Shown: positions 27,839-40,800 of the stretch, piece after piece | Numbering within the stretch: the stretch's first letter is position 1 | Layout: each line of letters begins with the position of its first letter | Assembly: GCA_965235115.1 (NCBI GenBank) | Contig: OZ249441.1 | Location: forward strand, 25,854,001-25,918,000 | Direction: 5' to 3' | Source of the DNA: Laetmonice hystrix | Taxonomy: Eukaryota | DNA: 64,000 nt | The notes under the pieces: generated by a model | Told to the model about the DNA's origin: nothing | Seen by the model: only the letters and a program-made list of their open reading frames with translations | The model's database searches: none | Made by a program: the position numbers and the translations under genes

Positions 27839-28655
27839 GGCGTCTAACGGAACGGCTGTTCGTTTTCAATCACAGTTTGTATATTGCCTACCCTCGGGAA
27901 ACACATCAAGATGCGGGAACTGTGAGATTATTATATAGTAGGGATATGTCAGTACGACGACAGATGGTAGGGGTATTGGGGCGAGAACGGGGCTTTGTGA
28001 ATGGTAGCCTGCAGGAGTTTGTGCTGATAATATAAAACTAAATGACCGGAATTTGTGTGTGTGTGTCACCGGCAGAAACGTCGTCTTTCTCAGTACATCA
28101 GGTCGGTCCAGCGAGTGTACACATTAACGTGAACGAGTCCTGTAGCTGTAGGCACTGCGGTGAGAATGGAGTTCAGAATGGGTCCGCATACAATAAGGGA
28201 AGGTTCTACATCATGTACAACATTTTACACGATAGTGACGGTCACTTATTGAAACACCCTCCTGGACTTTGGTAGAACTGAAAGTATTTAAATTATATTT
28301 AAATATCAGCTATGCTTATATTTAGTATTCAATATTCCTATTTTGTTAATTCATCAGAATAAAGTTTGTAACTTTCCTTGTGTAGATTACCGTTGAATTC
28401 CAAGTGGTTTGCATTATTTACCGAATAAATCGTATGTGTATATACTTGGATAACCAAATAAAGACATCCAGTTGGTGGCCCGAGTCCAAAGTTCGGATAT
28501 CATGGGTCAGATCTCACATCGACATAGATACAAACGCGTGTCGTATCTATAAACCGAGATGACCAGACAGTGTCGGTGATATGGTAGCTCAGAGTTTAGA
28601 TATATAACATCTGGTAGTGACCACTGCCAATATTCAGGAAGGATTGAATATGTAT

Positions 28656-29037
28656 GCAGGTAGGTGTCGGACAGGGGACGAGCAGGTATAGGTGGCTCTG
28701 TTGGACAAGGACTGAGCAGGTATAGGTGGCTCTGTTGGACAAGGACTGAGCAGGTATAGGTGGCTCTGTTGGACAAGGACTGAGCAGATATAGGTGGCTC
28801 TGTTGGACAAGGACTGAGCAGGTAGGTGGCTCTGTTGGACAAGGACTGAGCAGGTATAGGTGGCTCTGTTGGACAAGGACTGAGCAGGTATAGGTGGCTC
28901 TGTTGGACAAGGACTGAGCAGGTATAGGTGGCTCTGTTGGACAAGGACTGAGCAGGTATAGGTGGCTCTGTTGGACAAGGACTGAGCAGGTGGGTGGCTC
29001 TGTTGGACAAGGACTGAGCAGGTATAGGTGGCTCTGT
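28656..29037. repeat. Minisatellite, 34-bp unit (two 32-bp variants), about 11 copies
   Basis: Unit agcaggtataggtggctctgttggacaaggactg. Confidence 0.96.
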
Positions 29038-29119
29038 CGATAGGCTCATCTGTCACTGCCTGGGTGTTTGTTTCACAACCGGCTGTTAGTTTGCCATGTC
29101 GTTAACACCCCGCAATATT

Positions 29120-29300
29120 GTATTGCACGGTATGCACACGGTTTGCGGTGTGCGGCGTGCGTTTTTGCAGAAATGGAACAACTGAAAATAGATATAACCG
29201 TTCACATGTCTCCGGTTTGCGGCGTGCGGCGATTTACATTGGCTACATTATTAACAAAAACGCACGCCGCATGCCGCACACCGCACACCGTATGCATGTG
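29120..29300. mobile_element. Degenerate inverted-repeat element (MITE-like)
   Basis: acggtttgcggtgtgcggcgtgcgttttt vs aaaaacgcacgccgcatgccgcacaccgcacaccgt; ends and TSD not resolved. Confidence 0.55.
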
Positions 29301-32300
29301 AAAGCGTGGTTGTGTAAAACGCTGCAGACTGGCCCAGCTCATGGCCCCTCTTTGCCTGTCTGTGGATTAGATAATATACCACATTCAGATTGTAACTGAA
29401 ATGTATGATATCGTGTATCTAGATAATTTAATCTAAATCTCAGAGCCGCAGGCATTGCAGGTGGCATGATAATGGAATATGTTCGAGATTAGACGACCAT
29501 GCACTCACTGTGGTGAGAAATGAGAAAATCTATGAATTCGAAAGGCGATGACCCACAGCGTGCACTGAACCACAAACCTGGGATTATTGCTCCCTGACAA
29601 CAGATTAATATCATGAGATTGCATGTGCTATCATCTGGTGCTGCGGATTGTCAGCAGCAGGTGCATGACTAGGGTTGCGTGATGATGTCACCATGACAAA
29701 TAACACTCAGCGTGAATGCAGGTACAAACTATAATACGTCAGCTACAGGTCGTCCATCATCAGGGATAGGGTGAAAAAGGTAGAGCCTAGTCCATTTATG
29801 GATCCCAACGTAGGCGAGCCTGCAAATCCATTAATGTTTCGCGCCGCTGTTGAAAACCACTTATATTAATTACAGTTTGATTGATTTTGGTTGTCGGAGT
29901 GGCAATGTACGGCCGTGTTATACTAATTAACAGCTTAACTTCGATATGTTCCAATCCAAACCACGGTGTTCATTGGTGTTATATGAGACCCTGCATAAAT
30001 GGGTCAGGGTGTCCACGGATCAGTGAAAACGGGGGAAACAGGGGGAAAATTTAATTAAGTTTCACTGCAGCGATATTATATGAACCTATATGAATCATAT
30101 CATAGATTTATTACTACTATGAATATAAGTATTCTCTTGTATGGATTTGTGGGTGGATCCGATATCTATAAGGGGTGACGATGAGGTCATTTAAAACACA
30201 ATCAGGAAAAATTGGTGAAATGTCAGGGAAAGTCAGGGAATTCAAAATGCTAAATGCTGTGGGTATCTTGGGTCCAGTTGTCTTGAGTTACTATCATTAT
30301 TTTGTGGTCAAAATGATTGTCCCATCTAAAGTCTACAGGCTAGCGAGGTTGGTCGATCTGCTATCTCGGCATACCCAGGAAATGCAGAGCCTCAAGAGAT
30401 AAATACAGGAAGAGAGAAAGAGAGTCAGAGAGAAGGAGAAAGACATGTAGAACAGCTATAGCGGCTATGATAATCCGTTTGTTCGCGGACCAATTACTAG
30501 GAGCGTTCAAGGTTTATCGATGAGGCGAGCCCATATAATGACCTTTCTTGGATTAACTCTTTGGCTCTAGCCACTGGGTCATCTTGCTCGGTCAAACACA
30601 CTCCAGCAAACCCTCAATGCATAGCCACACACACACACACGAACCACTCACACGTGTGTGTGCATTTTGTGGTCGGAAATCAATAGGAACATGCGCACGG
30701 CATGCAGACACGTGCCTTGTAAACCTGCACGTAGAGTGGGCGGGGCATTGTGACGCTACTGACGGAACCCTCGCTCCGAGCATTGACACAAATATCTACT
30801 GCGCACATGTTCGGGTAGCAAACGGCTGGCTTCGGCAAGGTAGGTACCGAGATCTCTAGGTTAGAACCAGCATCAATGCAGAGCCAAGTGTTGGTCAGGG
30901 GAGGCGGTATTTATGTCTGTGTTACGAGCGGCGGGAGCAGTTCGTCACGGCATGGAGAAGAGGCAGTCCGACTTGAGCCAATAGGTTGTCATAAAATGTG
31001 TCACATGTCACAGGATTGGATCATGTTCTAGCTATAGCATGTGGTACTTGGTGATCTGTAGAATGAGGGGTAGCGTACTTGCATTTTTTAGGGTTAAAGC
31101 GCCATCATATTGCGAGGGATCCGTTTTATAGGCCAGACTACAAATTGGGGAACATGGGGCCCAGTTGGCCTACATCTTACATTATTTGTTAATACATGAT
31201 GTTATCGTAGGGGAATGTCTGAGTCCATAATAAATTATAATGATAACACGATAATGACCTACTCGAATGGTACTCCTGTGTTAGTCTCGTGGGAGAGTGG
31301 CTTCTCTGGGGTCGAGGCTGGTTTAAACCCTCACATAACCATTCCAGCGATCAAGACGTTTCACTTGCATGGATGAAAATTCAGTTAGCGCAATCGTATA
31401 CCAAGGTCTCATTGAAACGAGTTGATAACTTCGCCATACCACACTGACCTTCTTTGGATGGCATACTTTTTTCAAATTGAAAGATAACAGCAAGGTTTAT
31501 CACAGCCTATCTTATAGGAGTAGCCCTACAGATTAGTGATAGCCTCATAGCGATTCTCTTCTAGGAACTAGGGAATGTTGGACGGGGATCTAGGTCGTAT
31601 ACATTTGTACATCATAGCATGGGTTACACTGGAAGGTTGCCATATACCAGAAAACTCGATATCACTGAGTCCAGGTTAAGGATATATCCAACGGACGGGG
31701 TCGCTAGGTATGCTACAGTAGGCATATAGTTAGCTTTAATTGTCCTCTGAACGTGCAAAGTAGAAACCTTTATAATGTAAAGAGTCGTCTGTATATCGAC
31801 TTTATTATGGAATCTGACATGAAATGAAGGGTCGCCACTGGGCTCTTTAAAGTACGGTTATTGTGAGCGTTGGGAAAGCAGTGAGTTATAATTACACTTA
31901 GTAGAATGTAGCACTCCTGAGTGTTAAGAAGAATGTGTCATGCATTATGGATGTCATGTAACCAGTGCCTGTCTAGAGGCATTAAGGTACAGGTACCACG
32001 GAATCCTGACCAAGGCTATCCGTGCACAAGGCCACCACTCCCATCACCACCGCCCAGATCATGGTGTGAGATGGCAACGTTTCATGTCTCACTAACTGTG
32101 GACCTGCCCACCGTCATTTGGGTATTACAGGTACAGGTCATAGAGGGCTGACTCTTTGAAAACGTAATTTAAGGCATACCGAAGCTAACATCTTCGTCGC
32201 ACGCTGTTCTCCAGGATTACAAGGTGGCTGGCGTTGCTCAGAGTGCAATGATTGCATGACTATTGGCAGGTTACTCCTTTAGAAGGTTGCGTGTTATACA

Positions 32301-32504
32301 ACCTGAAATCATTAAATAGATGTAACCTAGAAATAACCTATTAATTTAGTGACAAAAATACTAATTTAGCTTAATACACATGTATTGATATTTAATGATG
32401 CATGCTTCTTTTTTAAAGTATAGTCTAGTCGATATGTCTCAAAAAGAAATTAAAAAAGAACTAGTTGAAATGAAAGGGCATAAAATATCCTGCCAGATAA
32501 TAGA

Positions 32505-33194
32505 AAACACTTAAGCGCTGGGACGTTGGAGAATGACACCTTTAGAGAGGAGTTTACATCCAGGGCCAGATTTCAAACACTAAGCGCTGGGACGTTGGAG
32601 AATGACACCTTTAGAGAGGAGTTTACATCCAGGGTCAGATTTCAAACACTAAGCGCTGGGACGTTGGAGAATGACACCTTTAGAGAGGAGTTTACATCCA
32701 GGGTCAGATTTCAAACACTAAGCGCTGGGACGTTGGAGAAGACACCTTTAGAGAGGAGTTTACATCCAGGGTCAGATTTCAAACACTAAGCGCTGGGACG
32801 TTGGAGAATGACACCTTTAGAGAGGAGTTTCCATCCAGGGTCAGATTTCAAACACTAAGGGCTGGGACGTTGGAGAATGACACCTTTAGAGAGGCGTTTA
32901 CATCCAGGGTCAGATTTAAAACACTAAGCGCTGGGACGTTGGAGAATGACACCTGTAGAGAGGAGTTTACGTCCAGGGTCAGATTTCAAACACTAAGCGC
33001 TGGGACGTTGGAGAATGACACCTTTAGAGAGGAGTTTACATCCAGGGTCAGATTTCAAACACTAAGCGCTGGGACGTTGGAGAATGACACCTTTAGAGAG
33101 GAGTTTACATCCAGGGTCAGATTTCAAACACTAAGCGCTGGGACGTTGGAGAATGACACCTTTAGAGAGAAGTTTACATCCAGGGTCAGATTTC
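32505..33194. repeat. Minisatellite, 69-bp unit, 10 copies
   Basis: Unit aaacactaagcgctgggacgttggagaatgacacctttagagaggagtttacatccagggtcagatttc; one copy has a 1-bp deletion at about 32740. Confidence 0.97.
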
Positions 33195-36100
33195 CCTCGG
33201 CCAAACGTTAATCACCACCGACGAAACATTCCCTGTGATGTTGGCTTTTTCATTAATCAGGTTTTTTTCTGACAAATTATTCGTGTGTGTGTGTGTGTGT
33301 GTGGGGGGGGGGGGGGTTCTAGCACCTGTAGAAGTGCTATAACCGGTATTACGATGTATTACGAGGTTAGTGTTTTGTGTAAGTACTCCCATGCCATGGT
33401 ATTTCACGTAACTAGAATGTAAAATTGGATGTAGAATAGATCAATAAGAGCCGTGGGCAATCTGATTTTTAAAAACCAGCAGAATATCCTAATTGTTGAC
33501 ACCGGTCTTAGTTTAATTATGAAGGGTTGACTAATAGTGTGGTGTGGACAGAATCTACGCTTATCGAAGAGAAAGTACGTACTGTCGAGCCGACAGTATA
33601 CTTTTTATATACTACTTATAGGTCATTTCCGCGACAATTCGACCAATAGCAAGCAAGGTGAAATGAGTTCCGGGTTGAATTAATGTTTTGTTATTGGGGT
33701 GTCCAGTGTGACATAGTTCTCTTAACTCAATCAATTCTTATAGTAGAGTTCCTACTGTAAGTCGACGATGTAAAAGCATGGTGGCCTGAAGTATTGGAAG
33801 GCAGAGAGACTACTTCGGAGATCGACAAATCCTGATACCTTTTTGATTTGGGGGAGGGGGGGGGGGGTGGCTTAGTTGGGTAGGTGCATCAGGAGGGTAT
33901 AACCAAGAACATTTTGTCTCTGACAACTGACATCCGTGATGAATTAAAAAAAACCACATGTACCACTGTTAGGTGTAGTCATGCCGGACTCGTGGCTGGA
34001 GACCAAACGGAACGGTCGACGATGAAGGTTCAACCACAGCTCGCTTATTATTAACGACGGGACCGTCTTGAGGCTTTCCACCGTGCTGCCTCCCCTCCAC
34101 CCCCTCCACCCCCACCCCGCCCCGGCTCTGAGTAGTGTGGTCAGGATCTGTATGAGAGCCAGCTGACCGGTGGCCACTTGCATGGACGGCTCAGCGACCA
34201 CTGCTGAGATCTACCGGGAGACGTGTTCTACCGGAAGAGGGGACAACCACTGCTGCTGCGGCTTTGCTGTGTTGTGGAAGACCATAATATAGCAGGATTG
34301 GAGATTGGTTCTATATGCCGTATGATGCCCCAGAGCTGTGTTTAGCATCCAGCTAAGCGATAAAATATAGGATGAGAGGGCAAATGTAAACCTGCGTTAC
34401 ACGCACACCTGACATGATCCGGTAGATCTATGTGTCGGAAGAAGTAGGTGGGTAGGCGAAGACAAGTGACCATTAAAAATCGAAATTATCTGGTATAATA
34501 TTCAGCCTCGCCTGACGATTAACTGGACATATTGTCATGGGCCTCAGTTTGTAATAATAAGATCAATGCCGAACGTAAGAACTTTTCAACTTATTAATAA
34601 ATTCTAAAGGCTGCATCGACTGACAGAAATCAACCTTGGGGCCGGAAATGCGTTAATTAGCACTCTTATGCTAAATAAGTAATAATGAAGCACAAAGGTA
34701 TAAATAGCATCGCTTCACCACGCTGCCGCTGTTTACGGCACTTTTATAATACTACTCAGTCGCGCGTCGCTGGGATGACCTGGTGACGTACTGAAAAATA
34801 GAGGCTCATTGGGGGAAGTTTTAACAGTCTACCAGCAACGTAGAATCATATAGTCTTCAGCCGAAAACTTAAGAATGCAATACTTATGTATAGAGCTGCT
34901 GATATTGATGGCAATGAGACGTATAAACAACATAATTGTGGCTCAGGATGTCGCGCTTCCTGTTGAGGGGTTCCACTGGAAAACTGTACGATGAAAGATT
35001 TATGCTTCCAAAGGTTGGGTGATATTTGTAAGAATATTTATACAGCGAGGACATGCCATTAATGGCGGGGATGTTGGGAATGTGGGGTATTTAACTAGTG
35101 TCAGAGGTGCTGGTTGACACAAAGTCGACATTAAGGGATAAAACACCGGATGTATTTAAATGCCACCCGACGACTACGCCGTAAAGATAATGCATTCACC
35201 ATCGGCTTTCGCATAGAGTTATTTATATTTGAGGTTTCCAGACTATTTACTGGGGCAGATAATTTATAATATTTATTATTTATAATTTATTCTAGAATGG
35301 CATCGGTGTCACATTTGTAAAGCTTTTTTTAAGTCAAGGAAATGTAATGAAACGAGAGGAAGCAAAACGCGAAAAAGTAACATGTCTGCTATTCCTGCTT
35401 TCAATGAGAAGAAAAATACGCATTGATTTATTGATTTAGTATCCAGGTGTTCAATGTGTTCAACTATTGCTATACTACGTACTGGTTTAAACAAGACAAG
35501 TCTGAGTCGGGGTTGCCCTAGCGTTGACCCAACCCTGAACCTTTAATGTATGGATCCATGTCTCTGCTCGCAGTGCCAGCCTGTGTATATGGATATCGAT
35601 TATCCTTTGATGGTCCGGTTATAACAGAGAGTGACTAAAGTCCCCCAGGTGTAGGGGATGAAAGAGCAGCACCCTCCTGAGAGGTGTCGAGTGTCGGTTA
35701 TCGGACAGGATTCAGGTGAGATATAGAGGTGTTTGTTTACCAAAGGCTTGCAATGATGTGGCCAGCACCTCTCATTAACCTGGACGCGGCTCTTTGATTG
35801 CAGCCTCCGTCCTTGGCTGTTCGTAAGAGGCGATGAATGGGGCGAGGGCTGGCGTGGGAGAGTGGTTGGATGTCGGATTGCAGATCATCTTTGTGGCATT
35901 TGGAACCCTCAGTACCATTTTTCCAATCCCCCCCCCCGTCCTCCTAACCTGGGTAATCAAAGGCGACCATATGCGTGTATTATCACTTGTGCGGTTTTAC
36001 ATAAGGAAGGATGGTATGGTTCAGATGACAATACTTGCACACTAACAGGAATACATTCACTTGTGCACTCACCAACATATTACTTGCGCACTAACCGGAC

Positions 36101-37631
36101 ACTGACCAGAATATAAAATCTAACTTCGTCAGGGACTCTGTATCAATCGGTGTCAGGTAGTGTTGATTAACGAATTAATTAACTGCATACACTAATTAGT
36201 ATGTTAACTTCGCCAGCAGACTTGGATTCCCAGCACAAAAGCGCGGGCTGTTTCAGCTCAGCGGGGCATGGCCAATTTAGAATTGTATGTGGCCAAAGGG
36301 GCGGATATACCCAGGGGGCGCTATGGTTTTTAAAGGTTATTCAGCAGATGGTGCAGAAAAAGATTGTTCCCACCAGAGTTGTAAAAACAAAAAACAAAAC
36401 CGCCCCTAAATTCAAAGCCAAGATGAATATGCTTTACCTGGTGCCATGACCATGTACATACTTGGTGCCGGTGGCCGCTGGGTATCATTACCTTCTGACT
36501 GCCCGCCGGCTGTCAGTGATTAATTACTACTAACCCGACAAACACTGACTGTAGTATAGGCTCGTGCTGAGCTGGCCATTTAGTCGCTGGGTCACTGTCC
36601 CAGGTATTGGCAGCATCATGCAGGTGTGGGACTGCAGGATCAGTGGCAGGTTAGTGGCTAATGTAGTAATCTGAGTGCAGTCTTCTAGTAATTAAGTTTG
36701 TCATATCGTCATGTAGCATTGATACCTTATTGGGATGGTGCATTTCGTTCCGTGAGTGTAACACTAATTATGTAACACGGAAAGTTGCCTGTAATTGGAA
36801 ACCAGAGAGTGCATGCACATAATTTTATCCCTTTTTTTAGAGTAAATTGTGTATTTTGAAAGGAACTTTAGGAAGTGTCTTGGCAAAGAAGAATCTCGCA
36901 GCAAGAATGAAAATATTTGAAGGAAGGTTGGGAGGAAGGAATTTGTCAGGCAATCATGCATGCAGGAAATCTGTTTGTTATGCTTTATTTCTCACTAGCA
37001 ATTCAAGAATTTCAATTCAAGAATTAGATGTGTTTCTTTTAGCTACTTCCCACTTCTTACCATGCAGTCAATTTTAATTGATCTGAGTCAATTACAGACA
37101 GAACTGCTCCGCAGTGACCCGTCATGGTCCGAAGTTGTACCAAACAGTAGAAAAATATTGAACACAGGGAGTAGTTCTGTGTATAGCTTTCACTAGATAT
37201 AGTAGGTGTCAGATATGGGTGAAGTGTAGCTACGCTGGTTAGGATATAGCCGATGGGTGTGTTGGGACGGTGAGCGTCTGTCCCTGAGGGGTACGAAGGA
37301 GTCATTGTGTCGTCCTGGGCATGTTTACGATCAATGTCCGTCTTGGTAGACTTTGGTAGACTTCCTTTGATGTCACAGACGGCCTTGACCTGTAGTCAGA
37401 GCTGGAGGCCCTCCATCTCTCCAGGCCGGTACACGCCTCCAGGGCTATGGTCAACTCCACAGTATGGTTAGAAGGAAGATGGTTCAAACCAGGTTAAGAT
37501 AGGTTGCGGTCTTAAACTTCCAGTTCACAGCTACTATCATCATCAGATGCTATAACATGCAGCACCTCTCCCCGCGCTGTATTATAACTGTCCAAAACTG
37601 ACCGTTTTTTGTGATTGTTAATTTCTGCCAG

Positions 37632-37843
37632 GTCCGGATCGTTCCAGCGCCGGCTGAGCATCATGGAATACTGCACGGAGTGGGAGGGGGGAGGAGGGTG
37701 GGGAGGCGGAGGAAGCGGAAGGTCGAGCCGGAGGTCGTCCCTGACAGGAGAACCCAGTGACCTCGACTTCCTCAAGCTACAACAGGAGGAGGCCCTACTG
37801 CCACTGAAGGAGGACCTCGCTGACTGGCTCAACAAACTCTTAG
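37632..37843 (+). CDS. GAS2: GAS2-like exon: start of CH domain ([13 protein letters not shown]...[12 protein letters not shown]); ATG at 37663
   Basis: Acceptor tttctgccag ending 37631; donor G|gtgagt at 37844; the open frame extends to the exon start (phase 2). Confidence 0.92.
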
Positions 37844-40800
37844 GTGAGTATACTCTCAACCCCAACCTATGTCAACCTCCATAGTATTTATAGCTCAAGA
37901 TTATTCCTACATGTATATAAGAACACTAAGGTATATAAGAACTCTAAGACATATAATTAAGGTATACTCCAAGAACCTCCTGGTCCCTACCTTAAAACCC
38001 CTATTCCATCATATTTGGTGTCTTTATAGAGTAACAATATGCCAGTGTTGTGCGTCTGAAGAAGTAGGTTAGAGCCAAATCCTTTTGGAATCTTGGAAGG
38101 TTGAATTCTTCTCCGCAAAGATTGCAGATAGCCGAATTATACAGAGTCTATGTGTTAGAGGAAAGGTACCGAGACGTGTTAGCAGCCTCCCGAGGTTGGA
38201 AGTCTTAGGATGGGGATTGGGGGCGGGAGAGTGGTTTGGAAGTCCCAGGGTTGGAAGTCTTGGGGTGGAGGTGGTGGTGGGGTGACGTCGACTCGGTGAA
38301 TACATTCTGAGTGTAGTCAGTTCTAGAGCCGGCTCGAGGTATTGGCTCCTTGCGTGTTTAGCTCTCGTTAAGCTGCGATCATTATGCAAGGTCTGGGACA
38401 GTCTGGTCATTCTGTCTCCCCTGGGATAGATGAGTCATTATAGTTCGTCTTCTCCTGTTTTACAGCTGAGACCCCCCCCCCCCCCCCATTATTTTCTTAT
38501 ATTTACGCTTTCTGCCTTACATTCTGCGTTTTCCATACAAGAGGAACATTGAGTTGGCGTAAGTACGTCCCAGAGTCCCATTATATGCTAGAGTCCCCCC
38601 ACGAGACAGACCAATCGTACAACCAGCCTGGGCCCCGTTTCATAACTAATAACGCAGCTGCGTTATTAACGCAGATGCGCAAATAGCCTCATTTGAGGTT
38701 AATGTGTTCAGAGTGCGCGTTGTCTGGCTCTAAAATCGTTTAATTAACGCGCACCCATAAGGGCCTGCGCTAACTTCCCATTATGAAATATAAAGCTGGC
38801 AATTCTACTTAAATACGTAACGTGGATACTTAAATTGAAAAGTAGGGGAGAAAGAACTGGGGACAATTACGCAAATGCTTATGAAACACTTGCAACGATC
38901 GCTATCTTCATCGTTCGCTAATAACGCAGTTGTGCGTTATTAGTGTGTGTTCGCTGTTAGTTATGTATTGATGTCTTCAGTAACTCACCATGATCGTGCG
39001 GGTCTCTCTGACAGGTATCGATATTGACGTGACCAATTTCATGGACGTTCTCGACTCGGGAGTCCACATATGCCGACTTGCCAAACTCATACACGCCAAA
39101 GCTCAAGAAGCAATCGAAGACGGCAGGGTATCAGAAGTAAGTGGTGGCATTCCAGAGGGCGGCGGGGGAGGGGTCCCCATCCTGCCTAAATACAATCGTG
39201 GAGAAAATGACATCATGCCAATGATTTCTGTATGTATACGGCCTCGTGAAAACAGCGAGGAGAATCTGAAGTTACGTCCAGGGATGTTTTGGTAAAGATA
39301 ATGTCTCATTGAAAATGTTTTTTGAAGTCAAATACATCATCTTGTTGTGTCATTTATCAGACACTTCCACGAACAAGAATTCGATGTAAGGAGAACGCGA
39401 GGTCGGGGACATGGTTTGCCAGAGACAATATTGCCAACTTCATCCGCTGGTGTCGGGACTATGGCGTCAAGGAGGAATGTCTGTTCGAAACGGAAGGCCT
39501 GGGTAGGCATTGGTTTCAAAGAGAGGGAAAAAACAAGTTGTACTGATCAGTTCTTTCCACTATTCGATGGGTAATTCTCGTTGCGGTGTCCCCTGCAGGA
39601 TGATAGGCCTATGGTTCTTAATGGTAAAAATAGGAATGTAAACATAGGCCTACATGTGAGTGTCAATGTACATAACCAGCTCAATGCGAGGGGAGGGGGT
39701 TGTGAAACAAAAAGCAGTCACAACAATCGGGAGTATGGAACCTCCATAACGCCCCCCCCCCCCCCCCCCCCGATTCGCCACTATGTATGGTACAATTTGT
39801 GAAACCTTTGTTACATATTTCAGTGACTCATTCCACAACCCGGAATTTTGTACTGTGCCTGCTAGAGTTAGCGCGGATTGGATACAAATACGGTCTGGAG
39901 GCACCGTGCCTGATTGCCATGGAGAAAGAGATCGATCGCCTGGAGCAGAACAGTTCCTATGGTGATACGTCATACAGTGACACAGCATATCATAATACGT
40001 CCACTAACAGCACCACGTCCTGTGTGTCCACCCCGAGGAAATCAGTCAAAGATGCTCAAAGTAACGATGTCTCTTCTGTTGGTACTTCAACGAATGGTAC
40101 AAATGGTAGGTCATCTATTGGTACGTCCACCGTGACAAACGGCACGTCAAACATTGGTACGTCAACCAATGGTACGACCAGTCAGACGTCCGTTGGTACG
40201 TCCACCAATGGCGTCTCTAGCCAGTCTACTGGTAGTTTGACCGATCCAGTGTCTCCTAGTCATTGTAGTAAGACGCAGACGACGTCCAGAGAGACTGGCG
40301 TGAACACAGACAGTTCAGGGCAGGGCAAGTCGACCAGTAGTGTTACAACCATGTCTCAGCCAGACGCCGAGACTGGGGCTACATTGACGGCCAGGACAAA
40401 GAGTGTTAGTGAGGGTACATCCACAGAGAATGGTCACTCCGGTCGTGAACCAACGACTCTAGTGAACGTTTTGAAGACAGTTAGTACGAGTCCGTTCTCA
40501 GTGAGAAGGTCATTGGACGTGACGACTAGGACCGAGACAGTCGAAAGAACGCCAAAAAAGTCGGCAGAGTCGAAACCCAGCACGCTCACTTCGGCTACCG
40601 ACGGCAAGCAGGGTAGTGGTGTTACTGCAACGTTAGACAGCCTACTGAAAAAGGGCGTCTCTAAGTCCCTGGGGGACATGAAAACTGGGCTCTCCTCCTT
40701 GTTCGCACTGCACTCGGCGGGGGGCACGCCCAAAAAACGGAAATCGGAGAGCGCAGGGGGATCGCGTCCGTACGGGAGTCCCCGGACGAGCACACCGACC

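Noticed and set aside
28507-29056. Three overlapping - strand ORFs of 104-180 aa
   Set aside because: These are translations of the 34-bp minisatellite cycling through the frames.
32526-33211. ORFs of 87 and 136 aa (ENDTFREEFTSRVRFQTLSAGTL repeats) as a repeat protein
   Set aside because: They arise from a 69-bp minisatellite; a 1-bp deletion at about 32740 breaks the frame, and there is no splice support.
34699-34760. TATA box (TATAAATA) and Inr-like TCAGT as an internal GAS2-like promoter
   Set aside because: The spacing of about 50 nt is too long, and such motifs occur often by chance.
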